Source: a virus. From it: a stretch of DNA of 64,000 nucleotides. A program made the translations under genes and the position numbers. The notes below the pieces were generated by a model, which was given only the letters and a program-made list of their open reading frames with translations, ran no database searches and was not told the DNA's origin. Below are positions 9,877-20,037 of the stretch, one piece after another. The DNA is taken from positions 1 to 64,000 of the IMG/VR virus record IMGVR_UViG_3300045988_188298. One strand, given 5' to 3'. Position 1 is the first letter of the stretch. Each line of letters opens with the position of its first letter.

Positions 9877-10521
9877 ATGGCATTACCTAAATCAAGAAAT
9901 TTTAAAGCGGAGCGTGCAGCACGCGCCGCATCAAGAAATAATCAAAAAGAAAACAGCCTAAGGCCAAAACCAAAGCTAGAGCCTAAATTCCTTTATGGCC
10001 ATAAGGTTCATTTTATGGCCAAGGATAAACGCCTAAAAAACAAGAGAAAAGCTTACTTCTGGAAAGCTGAGGTTGTTCATCCTTTATCAAGAAGAAAACA
10101 ATTCCTTGAAAAACATGTTCCAAAGTTGGAACGATATAAAGACAGGCGATTCAACAAAATCGACAGATACATTGACCTTGAATATAAGCAACTAGAAGCA
10201 CTTGAACTACGGCCGACTGCTGTGATTTTCGGTCTAAAAACTAAAAACAAAGAAATTTCTTATAAAGACGGAACGATTTCTGTTAAAACTGGGCACAACC
10301 CAGAAAATCCCAAATTTCAAGCTATTTTAACATTTAAAAACGTGGATGGCTCAGATAACGAGTTATCATTTAGTAAAAAAGAAATTATGGAATTATGGTT
10401 ACTTCGTCGCCTAGAAACATCTTTTAGTGGCCCTGTTGGCAAATGGGAAGTCCAAGACTACTATTACCTTGCCAGAGCTGTTCTTAGAGTTATTTATGCT
10501 CTACTGGCTAGCTCAAAATAA
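9877..10521 (+). CDS. Hypothetical basic protein
   Basis: ORF with RBS AAGGA. Arg/Lys-rich N-terminus. Terminator at 10521-10560. Confidence 0.45.
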   Translation: MALPKSRNFKAERAARAASRNNQKENSLRPKPKLEPKFLYGHKVHFMAKDKRLKNKRKAYFWKAEVVHPLSRRKQFLEKHVPKLERYKDRRFNKIDRYIDLEYKQLEALELRPTAVIFGLKTKNKEISYKDGTISVKTGHNPENPKFQAILTFKNVDGSDNELSFSKKEIMELWLLRRLETSFSGPVGKWEVQDYYYLARAVLRVIYALLASSK

Positions 10522-10560
10522 AACAAAAAAGACGTAAGTAAAATTTACGTCTTTTTCTTT
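10521..10560 (+). terminator. Intrinsic terminator
   Basis: Hairpin aagacgtaagtaaaatttacgtctttttc. Confidence 0.6.
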
Positions 10561-10582
10561 CTTATATTACAGTTTAGATTTA

Positions 10583-11236
10583 TTAATAATGTAAATCAAT
10601 CTGTAACTCGCCAGAAACCTTGTGTTCCATATCAAAGATATTAAGCATATCTTCTGAATGAAGATGTTTAATTCGCTTCCTGACATCTTGGTCTACTAAG
10701 TCAGGCAACACCTTAGAGTTCTTCTTAATGTAGTCCACAGGAACGAATTTGTTATTTCCTGTATAATTTTCGATTAAGTCATACAAGAACAAATCCCCAA
10801 GACTTTCAAACAGTGGAACAATTGTGTAACCTGCTGCATCAATAGCGGCTGCACAACTCATTGACTCTACATTTTTATAATCATATAGAGAAACAGCTTT
10901 ATCTAACAGCAAACTCTTTGTCCAATGTCCAAAATCGTTAAGCAATTTATTAAAGTCTCGCTCAACCCAACCGGAACGAAATTCAGCCTGAGTAAGACCA
11001 ACAACAGCATACCCACCGGGCTTAATGACTCCGAAATCAAGAGGCATAATAGTCTTTTCTCCAGACCAACCAACTGATTTCTCCCAGATTTCAGCCTCAA
11101 CGCCATCAAAAGACTTAGATAAAACCTTGAAGAAATGAGGTTGATATTCCTCGTCTAGTTCTATCAATGCAAACACTCCTCCAAGAGGGATATTTTTTAC
11201 AAGCTCTGACGGAGCAAACACAACTGATGATTCCAT
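10583..11236 (-). CDS. Hypothetical protein (217 aa)
   Basis: ORF with RBS AAAGGAGAAT and a promoter module on the minus strand at 11262-11305. Confidence 0.5.
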   Translation of the reverse strand: MESSVVFAPSELVKNIPLGGVFALIELDEEYQPHFFKVLSKSFDGVEAEIWEKSVGWSGEKTIMPLDFGVIKPGGYAVVGLTQAEFRSGWVERDFNKLLNDFGHWTKSLLLDKAVSLYDYKNVESMSCAAAIDAAGYTIVPLFESLGDLFLYDLIENYTGNNKFVPVDYIKKNSKVLPDLVDQDVRKRIKHLHSEDMLNIFDMEHKVSGELQIDLHY

Positions 11237-11261
11237 ATCATTCTCCTTTTAATTTTTATTT

Positions 11262-11400
11262 TAAAATAATATATTTGTAAAATGAATAACTTTTACAAAT
11301 AATAGTATAACTGTTATTGATTTATTAATTGTTTTATAATAAGAGATGTAAAACTTTTTATTTTACAAATATATTATTTTTTTTATTTCAGGAAGGAGTA
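11262..11400. promoter_or_regulatory. Divergent promoter region containing two copies of the conserved module, one per strand
   Basis: tgtaaaatgaataacttttacaa on the plus strand is the minus-strand module. gatgtaaaactttttattttacaaatatattat is the plus-strand module. Confidence 0.5.
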
Positions 11401-11406
11401 TTTGAC

Positions 11407-11904
11407 ATGAAAACAAATACTAAAACTAATACTTTTATCAACAACATCAAAGAAATTTTTAAACAGCAAAAAGGCCCAGTAAAAGAATCTGCTTGGGTGG
11501 AATTCTTAAAAGATGTTGAAACTCATATTCTAAAAAAAGACAATAATGGCATTGAACTCATCAAGGCAGAAATTGTTTATGATGATGCAGCAAGCAAAGA
11601 TTTGCAAAAACAAACCCTTATTCTGGGAATTAATATAACTTCAAAAATGGGCAAAGGAATTCCATTGGTTATCAAGTTTTCTTGCCACTTCATTGATGGC
11701 AAACTCTTAATCAAGACAGCCTATAAAGAGCAAAATTCCTCATATGCTCATCAATGGAGAGCTGAAGATAATTATACTTATCTGTTGAGGGAAATTGACT
11801 TCATGTCAGAAAGTCATGAAGCTATGAAAAAGCAATATAACAACTATATTGATTTCATTCAACATGACATTGACAAGTTATTGAGCTTTGCTGATGCACA
11901 CTAA
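11407..11904 (+). CDS. Hypothetical protein. Start placed at the ATG after RBS GGAAGGAG
   Basis: The ORF-track ORF 11329-11904 is trimmed to the ATG that has an RBS. Confidence 0.45.
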   Translation: MKTNTKTNTFINNIKEIFKQQKGPVKESAWVEFLKDVETHILKKDNNGIELIKAEIVYDDAASKDLQKQTLILGINITSKMGKGIPLVIKFSCHFIDGKLLIKTAYKEQNSSYAHQWRAEDNYTYLLREIDFMSESHEAMKKQYNNYIDFIQHDIDKLLSFADAH

Positions 11905-11930
11905 TCAAATCTTTATTTCAGGAGTTTATA

Positions 11931-12383
11931 ATGATGAAAGTAATTACAGCTAAAGTTGTTAAAGAAGAAAAAAGACATCTTCATCAAATGTCTGAAAAAG
12001 AAGTAACATACATAGAAAAGACATTGCAGAATTTTCTTGGGAAATACTTTTACAATGGTGGCAAATATCGCATTTGCCCACACGCTAAAGAAAGAATTTT
12101 TCGAAAAGGCAGAGGTGAAGTGACTAAACGCAGCTTAAAAATGGTTCTTTTGTTTGGTAATCTAATTGAATTTAAGAAGATTACATTTTCAGACAAACAA
12201 ACAGAACTACGTTGTGTATTTCGTTTAGATGAACAAATCGTTGTTTATGATTTCTTCAGACACACAATCGTTACATTCTGGAAAAATTCTAAGGATGACC
12301 ACCATGAAACTTTAGATGTTTCTAAATATACACTATCTAGAAAACAAGTCTCTAAGTTTCTTGATGAACTCATTTCTGCTTAG
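11931..12383 (+). CDS. Hypothetical protein
   Basis: ORF with RBS AGGAG. A DUF4258/RelE-fold toxin-like motif HAKERIFRKGRG is possible but unverified. Confidence 0.4.
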   Translation: MMKVITAKVVKEEKRHLHQMSEKEVTYIEKTLQNFLGKYFYNGGKYRICPHAKERIFRKGRGEVTKRSLKMVLLFGNLIEFKKITFSDKQTELRCVFRLDEQIVVYDFFRHTIVTFWKNSKDDHHETLDVSKYTLSRKQVSKFLDELISA

Positions 12384-12508
12384 TTTATGTTTCTCTATTA
12401 TATTAAAGAAGTCTACTTTTTAGACTTCTTTTTTCTTTGACAACTTATAACGTTTGCGATATAATAGTTTCAGAAATAAAAGTAAAGTATGAGGTGCAGA
12501 TATAGAAT

Positions 12509-12823
12509 ATGTTGTTTTTATTTAATCTAGTAATGTTTACAATTTTCTACTTAATTCTAGATTATTGTTTTGTAACAAATGGAAAGCCAACTATAAACAG
12601 AGTATTGAATAGCTTGGTGTTAATTTTGGGCGTGTTTCTGATGACTGTATTTGATAGATTTTCACTACTTACATTAGTGCTGTCTTTTTATACTCTAACT
12701 CATGGACACCTAGAGTTCAGGAAGTCAAAGGAAAGCCTAGATATTGATTTTTACAAGAAAATCATGAAATTCTCAGTGATTGTTATTCTTGTCTCTCTTG
12801 TGTTACTGGTTATTGGACTATGA
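12509..12823 (+). CDS. Small membrane protein
   Basis: Three predicted TM helices. RBS GAGGTG. Confidence 0.4.
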   Translation: MLFLFNLVMFTIFYLILDYCFVTNGKPTINRVLNSLVLILGVFLMTVFDRFSLLTLVLSFYTLTHGHLEFRKSKESLDIDFYKKIMKFSVIVILVSLVLLVIGL

Positions 12824-12868
12824 TAAAATAATTCCATTTTGATTTGATTTAGAATAATTTATTTATTA

Positions 12869-13147
12869 TTGAAAGGTGGTGATAGAATGACCTTAAAAGA
12901 AGAGTTTGAAAAACTTCTTTGCGACTACAAAGGTCAGTTAGATAATAGTAATGAGAATTCCCATAAAATAACGAGAAAATTTTCTCGGAAAGTATCTAGA
13001 TTCATCATTCAGAATATTGAAAATCTGAATGTACACGATTTAGAGCAATTGAATGATTATCCTGAATTACGCAGAAAAATTTCTGGTAAGGCACTGATGG
13101 TCTTCAAAGTCACACAAATCATCCACCTTTCAGGTGGTGAGATGTAG
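12869..13147 (+). CDS. Hypothetical small protein
   Basis: ORF with RBS AAAGGTGG. Confidence 0.35.
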   Translation: MKGGDRMTLKEEFEKLLCDYKGQLDNSNENSHKITRKFSRKVSRFIIQNIENLNVHDLEQLNDYPELRRKISGKALMVFKVTQIIHLSGGEM

Positions 13148-13252
13148 GCGAATCTTATTATGTTGAGCTATTAAATTGATTTCAACCTTTTTCTTTGATA
13201 AAATTGATTGAAAAAGGAAAATGAAAAGATAAATAGGTAGATAGGAGGAAAA

Positions 13253-14407
13253 ATGACAAAAACAAAACATAAATCCTATAAGTTTCGTCTCTATCCAAAT
13301 CAGAAACAAATGCTAATGTTTGAAAAGACCTTTGGCTGTTCGCGTTTTATTTGGAATCAGATGCTGGCTGATAAAATAGCTTATTATAAGGAAACAGGAC
13401 AAACTTTGAAGAATACACCTGCCCAATATAAGAAAGAATTCCCTTGGCTGAAAGAGGTAGATAGCCTAGCTCTGGCAAATGTCCAATTGAATCTTCAAAA
13501 GGCTTATCAATCATTCTTTAAAAATAAAAACCATTTTGGTTTTCCTAATTTTAAATCGAAAAATAAAATGACTCATCAATCTTATCGAACCAACAACAAA
13601 CAAGGAGTAGGAACAATTAGATTAAGTGATAACAATAATCAAATCAAACTCCCAAAGATTGGTTGGATAAAAGTAAAGGCTCATAGGAAACTAAAAGGTG
13701 TAATAAAAAGCGCTACGATTTCAAAGACCTCAACCGGTAAATATTTTGTTTCGATTTTGTGTGAAATTAAGATTGAGGTTGAAGAGAATATTAAAACTTT
13801 CCCAAAAACGAATTCCAACATTGGGATTGATTTAGGGTTAGAGCATTTTGCTATTCTCTCCACTGGAGAAAAGATTGAAAATCCTAGATTCTTAATCTCG
13901 GCCTCTAAAAAATTAAGGAGAGAACAGAAAATATTATCTCGTAGAGGGCTGTTGGCAAAGCAGAGGGGCAAAAGTTTAAATGACTGCATGAATTATCAGA
14001 AGCAGCGCCTAAAGGTTGCTAGACTTCATGAAAAGATTTCTAACCAAAGAAGAGATTTTCTTTCCAAGTTGAGTATCAATCTTATCAAGAACCACGATAA
14101 GATTTGTATGGAAGATTTAGCGAGTAAAAATCTCATGAGAAATCACCATATTGCCAGAGCGATTGGGGATGCTTCTTGGTCTGAATTCTGTAGAATGTTA
14201 GAGTATAAGGCTGAATGGTATGGGAAACAGATTATTAAAATTAATAGATGGTTTCCATCATCTCAACTATGTTCAAACTGTAAAACGAACTCAGGGAAGA
14301 AGCCACTTCATATTAGAGAGTGGACATGCGATAGTTGTGGCACTCGTCATGATAGAGACCTCAATGCCAGTGTGAATATTCTACATGAAGGCTTGCGTTT
14401 GGCATAA
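13253..14407 (+). CDS. tnpB: TnpB (IS200/IS605-family OrfB, RuvC-like RNA-guided nuclease type). No tnpA partner, so IS1341-like
   Basis: N-terminal YKFRLYPNxxQ motif. C-terminal zinc finger CSNCx...CDSCG. RuvC-III DRDLNASVNI. Upstream gene is not a Y1 transposase. Confidence 0.9.
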   Translation: MTKTKHKSYKFRLYPNQKQMLMFEKTFGCSRFIWNQMLADKIAYYKETGQTLKNTPAQYKKEFPWLKEVDSLALANVQLNLQKAYQSFFKNKNHFGFPNFKSKNKMTHQSYRTNNKQGVGTIRLSDNNNQIKLPKIGWIKVKAHRKLKGVIKSATISKTSTGKYFVSILCEIKIEVEENIKTFPKTNSNIGIDLGLEHFAILSTGEKIENPRFLISASKKLRREQKILSRRGLLAKQRGKSLNDCMNYQKQRLKVARLHEKISNQRRDFLSKLSINLIKNHDKICMEDLASKNLMRNHHIARAIGDASWSEFCRMLEYKAEWYGKQIIKINRWFPSSQLCSNCKTNSGKKPLHIREWTCDSCGTRHDRDLNASVNILHEGLRLA

Positions 14408-14575
14408 CTCAACTAAAATGAACCGTAGGAACTACGGGGATAGCTTGGTAAATTTGTGTAACCTCTGGGAACTAGACACCTAGTTTCTAAGTCTGTACAT
14501 TACCCAAGAAGCTCATCCCTTTTAACAAAATAGAGGGATAGGTAGCTCACACCATGAACAAAAATAAATCAAATT
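14408..14575 (+). ncRNA. Candidate omega-RNA (right-end element RNA) of the IS605-family TnpB
   Basis: About 170 nt of ORF-free sequence directly after the tnpB stop. Hairpins include ccgtaggaactacgg and gggatag...ctcatccc. Inferred from the known TnpB/reRNA arrangement. Confidence 0.4.
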
Positions 14576-14604
14576 AATTTTATATTCAAGGAGAATATTA
14601 TTTT

Positions 14605-15936
14605 ATGAAAAATATGGTCAAACTATCAATGGTTACATTTGCTGCTATTAGTGGACTTCTTTATTCTAGCAATGTTTTAGCTAGTGAAGTCACTAAGGAA
14701 GGTACTGAGGTTTCTGTCAAACAACCAGAAATTGATGTTACTCGTCAAGATGATACATTTTACACAAAGATTGATGTAAAAGTGTCAACAGCAATTCCAG
14801 ATGATATTACCATCAATCAAGGAGACACAATGACCATGCCCTTGCCAAAAGAGCTTGAATTGGAAACAACTTATGATTTCCCAGTAAATGCTCCTGACGG
14901 TGAACCGGTAGGTCAAGCTACAGCGAACGCTACGACAAATACTGTCACTACAGTGTTCAATGATTATTTTCAAAAGAAGCCTTTGAATAAATCAATTTCA
15001 TGGACTATGCGTACACAAATTAACCGTGAAGTTGTAAAAGACGAAGGCACAATGCACCTTGATTTTAAGGGCACTGTTGTTGATGTTAAGACTGGCTCAA
15101 AAGGCGACACCAATCTCAATGAAGAATTGTATAAATGGGGGCGGCAGGATAAGGATGATGCTTCTGTAGTCCACTGGGTTGCTCGCGTAAATTATCGCAA
15201 GGCTAGTCTTAAAGGTGTCCATGTTCATGATACTTGGGATGAATCACAAGAGTATGTTCCGGGGTCAATGATTGTAAATTACCTACATTCAGCAAACCCT
15301 TGGACTCTTGCATATACTGCTGACCCAAGCTTCGTGAAAATCCGTAAAGACGGTTTTGATGCGGAAGTTGGTGATTTGGATAAAGTTGTAACTTTTGAAT
15401 ACAGCACGCGCTCCAAAGACCGCTCTATCATTCCTACTAACACCTTTACGGTACAAGCGCAAGATTACTTCTTGCAGCACGAAGTGAATTACAAATGGGC
15501 GGATGGCTCAGGTGAAGCTGATGGCAAAAATAAGCCAAAAGATAAGGTAAAACCAAAAGAATTTGAACCTAAAAAGGAAGAAAAGAAAAAGACTGAAAAT
15601 GTCAAGGTGACACCTAAACCTGAAGAAAAGCCGAAGCCTAAAGAAGATACACCAAAACCACCAGCACCAGAGGTTGAAAAACCAAAGGCTGAACCAAAAG
15701 AAGAGCCTAAGAAACCAGAACCAAAACCTAAAGAAACTCCTAAGCCAAAGGAAGAAAAACCAACACCAAAACCAGAAGTGAAAGAAGTTCCTAAGCCAAC
15801 TGAGCCTAAGAAAGTTCTTCCTAAAACTGGTTCAGATGACCGTGTTGTAAAAATTCTTGCAGGTCTGGGATTTGGAATTCTGATTGGCGTAATTGCTCTT
15901 ATGACTGGTGGTACTAAATCTACAAAGAAAGGTTAA
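14605..15936 (+). CDS. LPxTG cell-wall-anchored surface protein with a Pro/Lys/Glu-rich (PKPE) spacer
   Basis: Signal peptide. C-terminal LPKTG, hydrophobic segment and basic tail. PEPK repeats. Confidence 0.85.
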   Translation: MKNMVKLSMVTFAAISGLLYSSNVLASEVTKEGTEVSVKQPEIDVTRQDDTFYTKIDVKVSTAIPDDITINQGDTMTMPLPKELELETTYDFPVNAPDGEPVGQATANATTNTVTTVFNDYFQKKPLNKSISWTMRTQINREVVKDEGTMHLDFKGTVVDVKTGSKGDTNLNEELYKWGRQDKDDASVVHWVARVNYRKASLKGVHVHDTWDESQEYVPGSMIVNYLHSANPWTLAYTADPSFVKIRKDGFDAEVGDLDKVVTFEYSTRSKDRSIIPTNTFTVQAQDYFLQHEVNYKWADGSGEADGKNKPKDKVKPKEFEPKKEEKKKTENVKVTPKPEEKPKPKEDTPKPPAPEVEKPKAEPKEEPKKPEPKPKETPKPKEEKPTPKPEVKEVPKPTEPKKVLPKTGSDDRVVKILAGLGFGILIGVIALMTGGTKSTKKG

Positions 15937-15941
15937 AAAGG

Positions 15942-16154
15942 GTGCGCTGCTTGGAAGACATCCAAAAAATTAAAGCAAAAATTGAATGGCTCTTAGAAAA
16001 CTTTTCTCAGAGCGAAATGGCCAAAGAGACAAACGTACCACAATCTACGTTGTCTTACTTGAAGAAAGGTACTCGCAAAATCCGCAATCTCTCTGTTGGC
16101 ACTGTTCAAGAATTAATTCAATTCTATGACAGGCATCACAAGGAGAAAGAGTGA
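15942..16154 (+). CDS. Short XRE-family HTH regulator (paralogue 1 of 3). GTG start
   Basis: HTH region SQSEMAKETNVPQSTLSYLKKG. Related to the 46284 and 52450 ORFs. Confidence 0.55.
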   Translation: MRCLEDIQKIKAKIEWLLENFSQSEMAKETNVPQSTLSYLKKGTRKIRNLSVGTVQELIQFYDRHHKEKE

Positions 16155-16465
16155 TGCGTGGGTTTATGAATGTACACGGATATATCAAAATCAGGCTGGA
16201 TAATACATCTTATTATCCGCCTGTTTCTGGTAGTCAAGACCAGAAAGGATATATTCGCCAAGGATTACAGTTAATCCGTGATTATTCTGGTAATTACAGT
16301 GTTTTTGATAGTCAAAACCGTCTTTTAGGAGAAATACCTAAACGACTATCAAAACTATATCATCTTTCTGAAATCATCTACAATAAAAGTTATGAAAGAC
16401 TTGCTATTCGTTATGAGATAGAAAGAGATAGTTACCAAGGCTTTCTGTTTATTGACTGTTATTAA
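16151..16465 (+). CDS. Hypothetical protein, translationally coupled to the XRE gene (ATGA overlap)
   Basis: Four-nt overlap GTGATG with the upstream regulator. No recognised domain. Confidence 0.45.
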   Translation: MMRGFMNVHGYIKIRLDNTSYYPPVSGSQDQKGYIRQGLQLIRDYSGNYSVFDSQNRLLGEIPKRLSKLYHLSEIIYNKSYERLAIRYEIERDSYQGFLFIDCY

Positions 16466-16514
16466 AATAGAATAAAATAAAAAGGCCTCTTGATTGCAAG
16501 GGTCTTTTTATTTT

Positions 16515-16560
16515 TCTGAATTGTTTTATAATATACTCTGTAAAAGATTCATTTTACAAA
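16515..16560 (+). promoter_or_regulatory. Conserved promoter module
   Basis: TATAAT at 16517-16522, TGTAAAA at 16529-16535, TTTTACAA at 16542-16549. Followed by RBS AAGGAG and ATG at 16593. Confidence 0.55.
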
Positions 16561-16592
16561 AGCATATTATTTTATAAAAAAGGAGTATTAAC

Positions 16593-17033
16593 ATGGGCAT
16601 TGATACAAATGTTAAGATTATTGGAAAGTTGGATGTTGACCAACTTGTTACTTTTATCAAAGAAGAAATTTCTGAGAGCATCACAACTAGTATTGAAGAA
16701 GAAGAACAATTCTTTGACACTAGAAGTGATATTGTATTTTTGGGTATTGATGGCATTGAAAAAAGGGATGTGGGGTGGATTCACATTTCCTATAACGGAA
16801 AAAATCGAAGCATTTTTTATCTTTACAAAGACACCTTTTGGTTTAGTCCGCAAGATATTGCATCTAACATCAAAAATGGAACTCCAGAACTGAATGGCCT
16901 TTATACTTATCTTTCACTTGGGTTTGATTCTGATGCTGTTGAAATCATGACAAAGATTGCCAAGAAGTTTGGTGGTTATATTGATGAACAAGACACTGAC
17001 AACATCCCTTACAAAAAGGTTGAGATTGATTAA
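16593..17033 (+). CDS. Paralogue family B, member 1 (146 aa)
   Basis: N-terminus M..TNVKIIGKL shared with the next two genes. Conserved NGYI/GGYID C-terminal block. Confidence 0.5.
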   Translation: MGIDTNVKIIGKLDVDQLVTFIKEEISESITTSIEEEEQFFDTRSDIVFLGIDGIEKRDVGWIHISYNGKNRSIFYLYKDTFWFSPQDIASNIKNGTPELNGLYTYLSLGFDSDAVEIMTKIAKKFGGYIDEQDTDNIPYKKVEID

Positions 17034-17167
17034 CTTTTCATTCTTATTTATTAAATGTCTGAATTTATTTTCAGGCATTTTTTGTTTTTGAAAATCCAAA
17101 TGACTTATAATATATTTTGTAAAAATATTTTACAATATTATTTTAATTTTAAGAAGGAGGTGCTGTT

Positions 17168-17917
17168 ATGGCATCAGAAACAAAAGTAAAAATTGTAGGT
17201 TTTGTACCTTTTGGTGAAATCGTGGATTTTATTGGTTTTGGAATGGAGAATGTTATTGGTTTAGTGTATTTAAAATCTGAAATCATTCAAAAAAGTGAAA
17301 AGCCATATCGTCCACTAACACATTCTGATATTGTTGTGGATGGAACAAAATTAATAGAACAAAAAGTGTTAATAGAAATTCTTTATCACAACAAGAAACA
17401 CAGTATTTTGTATAATTACAAAAATTATATAAAATTCAATATTGATGAAGTCTTCAATAATTTCAAACATGGCACTACGGAATTAAATAATTTCCCTCAG
17501 ACTGAATTAGTCATGGATGCAGATAGTGAAATCCTTGACATCATGCAAAGAATCGCCTATGAATTCAATGGTTACATTGGTGACAATGATGCTTGGTATG
17601 AAAAGGTGAAGGAAGAAGACTTATTCCCTGAAGCTCCAGAAGATACCTATTCACTTCAAATACATGGCATCTTTTATAGCAATCTAAAGAATTTTTCTTT
17701 TGATGAAGCCAAAAATAAAGTTTTGGAATACGTTCACAGCATGAAGGTTTTCTTCTACAATGACAGTTACTATGAAGCAGCACTAGAATCTGTTGAAGAG
17801 TTGACCCCTGAGAATAATGTTCTACGATTGGAAGGGCCAATGAATTACCAACCTCTCATCAAAATCGTAAAAGACAAAAGGAAACAGAATCCTTTCAGAA
17901 AACCAAAACACTCATAA
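17168..17917 (+). CDS. Paralogue family B, member 2 (249 aa)
   Basis: TKVKIVGFVPF near the N-terminus and FNGYIGDNDAWYEKV near the C-terminus. Own promoter module at 17104-17145. Confidence 0.5.
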   Translation: MASETKVKIVGFVPFGEIVDFIGFGMENVIGLVYLKSEIIQKSEKPYRPLTHSDIVVDGTKLIEQKVLIEILYHNKKHSILYNYKNYIKFNIDEVFNNFKHGTTELNNFPQTELVMDADSEILDIMQRIAYEFNGYIGDNDAWYEKVKEEDLFPEAPEDTYSLQIHGIFYSNLKNFSFDEAKNKVLEYVHSMKVFFYNDSYYEAALESVEELTPENNVLRLEGPMNYQPLIKIVKDKRKQNPFRKPKHS

Positions 17918-18002
17918 TGAGTGTTTTTTCTTTTAGTTTTATAATATTACTTGTAATCATTTTTACAAATATTATTTTAAAAACAAAAAGGAGAAAACAA
18001 AA

Positions 18003-18737
18003 ATGGAAAATGTTACAACAAATGTTAAAATTGTAGGTGAGCTGCCATTTCAAAGATTGGTAAATTTCTTTCTTTGGAATATTGATGAGAAAGCTGAACA
18101 TGACTTTAATGTTGTTGAAGAAAAGTATGACCCATCAACACATAAAGATGTTAGTTTTGAATCAGGAAAAGAAACTGACACCTTGAAAACTGTATCAGGT
18201 TTTGTAAAATTTACCTACAAAGGAGAAGCTGGCTCTGTTTCTTATAATTACAGAAATCACTTGAAGTTTGATAAGAAAGACTTGTTTGACAATGCAATTA
18301 ATGGAACATACAGACTCAATATTTTTTCAACAACAGACCTAACAATGGAATATTCTTCTATTTCAATTATGGTTATGGAAAAGCTTGCTATGTTTTTTGC
18401 AGAAAACATCAGACATTTTGAGGGATATATTGACTTACGAAATGATGACAAAATTTGGTATCAAAAAATTGATGCTGAAAAATTTGTCAAAGAAACTCAA
18501 GATTCATATACTCTCTTCATTGATGGCAAAGAGGTACTTTTCAGCCATCATTGGAGTGAAATTGAAGATATGCTATACGATTTCTTGATAAGTCTAAGTA
18601 GTTATTTCGAAGACTATTATGATTATCTCAGGTATAAAGAATCACTTTCAATTACTGGAACTCAAGGTGGGCTATATATTGATGGTTTGACTATTGATTA
18701 TCGTCCTCATATCGAAGTTGTTGTGAAATATTTCTAA
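18003..18737 (+). CDS. Paralogue family B, member 3 (244 aa)
   Basis: TNVKIVGELPF near the N-terminus and FEGYIDLRNDDKIWYQKI near the C-terminus. Own promoter module at 17936-17978. Confidence 0.5.
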   Translation: MENVTTNVKIVGELPFQRLVNFFLWNIDEKAEHDFNVVEEKYDPSTHKDVSFESGKETDTLKTVSGFVKFTYKGEAGSVSYNYRNHLKFDKKDLFDNAINGTYRLNIFSTTDLTMEYSSISIMVMEKLAMFFAENIRHFEGYIDLRNDDKIWYQKIDAEKFVKETQDSYTLFIDGKEVLFSHHWSEIEDMLYDFLISLSSYFEDYYDYLRYKESLSITGTQGGLYIDGLTIDYRPHIEVVVKYF

Positions 18738-18846
18738 AACTAAATTTTAAAAAACGCTCTTTATGGGTGTTTTTGTTTTGCTTTATAATAGTAAATGTAA
18801 TCATTTTTACAAATATTATTTAAAAAATAAAAAGGAGAAAACAAAA

Positions 18847-19425
18847 ATGAAAAAACGTATCAGTTTGTATAACATGAAAAAAGCAGGGGAACATGTTACA
18901 TCTTTATTTGAAAAATCAAACATGACTTATGAAGAGCTGTATACTTCTCGTCATGAAATTGAGGAAGCTGTTTCTAACTTCATTGAAGAAAATAAGATGG
19001 AATCTGGAGATAATCTGATTTTGCTTATTAATGAAACTGAGCTTTATTTTGTTGCCGGTATTGTTCGTGCTTGCTTTTCAAAAAATATTTGCTTAACCGT
19101 TGTGTCATTTGAGGATTTTGTTGACAATAACAAAGGGATTTGGAGCATTGAAAATTACTTCGTCTCAGAACAACAAAAAGAAGAGGATATTGATGGGTGT
19201 GATGAATATCCGATTTATAGTGAAGATGAATCGAATATGACATATCCATGCCTTGTTGAACTAAAAAACGGTAGCAACGGAATCTTCGACCAAACTTTCT
19301 CAACAGAATCTGGCAATGAAGAAAATTGTCATGCTACAGGTTATGAACTTCGTAACTCAGATGATTGTAGTGACTGGTGGCTTGAATTTGAAGATAGTCA
19401 CGGCAAACTGCATTATGGTAGATAA
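18847..19425 (+). CDS. Hypothetical Cys-rich acidic protein. Start placed at the ATG with RBS AAAGGAGAAAAC
   Basis: ORF trimmed from the track ORF 18763-19425. Promoter module at 18786-18826. Confidence 0.4.
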   Translation: MKKRISLYNMKKAGEHVTSLFEKSNMTYEELYTSRHEIEEAVSNFIEENKMESGDNLILLINETELYFVAGIVRACFSKNICLTVVSFEDFVDNNKGIWSIENYFVSEQQKEEDIDGCDEYPIYSEDESNMTYPCLVELKNGSNGIFDQTFSTESGNEENCHATGYELRNSDDCSDWWLEFEDSHGKLHYGR

Positions 19426-19557
19426 TACTGAAAATCAAACACTCTTATTAAGAGTGTTTTTTGTTTGCAACTATTCTATTATTCAAGTTTATTTTTAGCT
19501 TAAATTATGGTAAAATATAAAGAAATAACAAGGCAAAGAAACCACTAGGAGACAATA

Positions 19558-20037
19558 ATGATAACAGCACAAAAATTCTTTGATTTCTATAAGAAAAAGG
19601 CCAATATGGACTTGATACAAGTTGCTAATAAATTAAATATAAAATTTGATTTTTCTGATGCTGGACAACTAAGAAATTCAGTTCTTTTTATGCTGCAAAA
19701 ACCAGAAAATGACGACTATAACAACTATGAAATCGTTGATGACCAAGAAGTGCTTAAAAATTTTCTTTTGCGGATGCAATCCATTTACAAAATCATTCAG
19801 GATAATCCAAGTATAGTTGATAGCATTAACATCAAAAATGACAATGTTGATGAACGATTCCTGCACATCAAGCTTACTTATGACTACAAAGAAAAGCCGT
19901 ACATAAAAATAGACACTCTTGTTTGCTCTAGTATTGAAAATATGTATACAGCAGATGATGGTATTTTTAAACTTGAATTACAATCAAATCAAATAAATTC
20001 TCAGCGTTATTTATTCTTTGATGAAAGTAGTAACTAG
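19558..20037 (+). CDS. Hypothetical protein
   Basis: ORF with RBS AGGAGA. Confidence 0.4.
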   Translation: MITAQKFFDFYKKKANMDLIQVANKLNIKFDFSDAGQLRNSVLFMLQKPENDDYNNYEIVDDQEVLKNFLLRMQSIYKIIQDNPSIVDSINIKNDNVDERFLHIKLTYDYKEKPYIKIDTLVCSSIENMYTADDGIFKLELQSNQINSQRYLFFDESSN

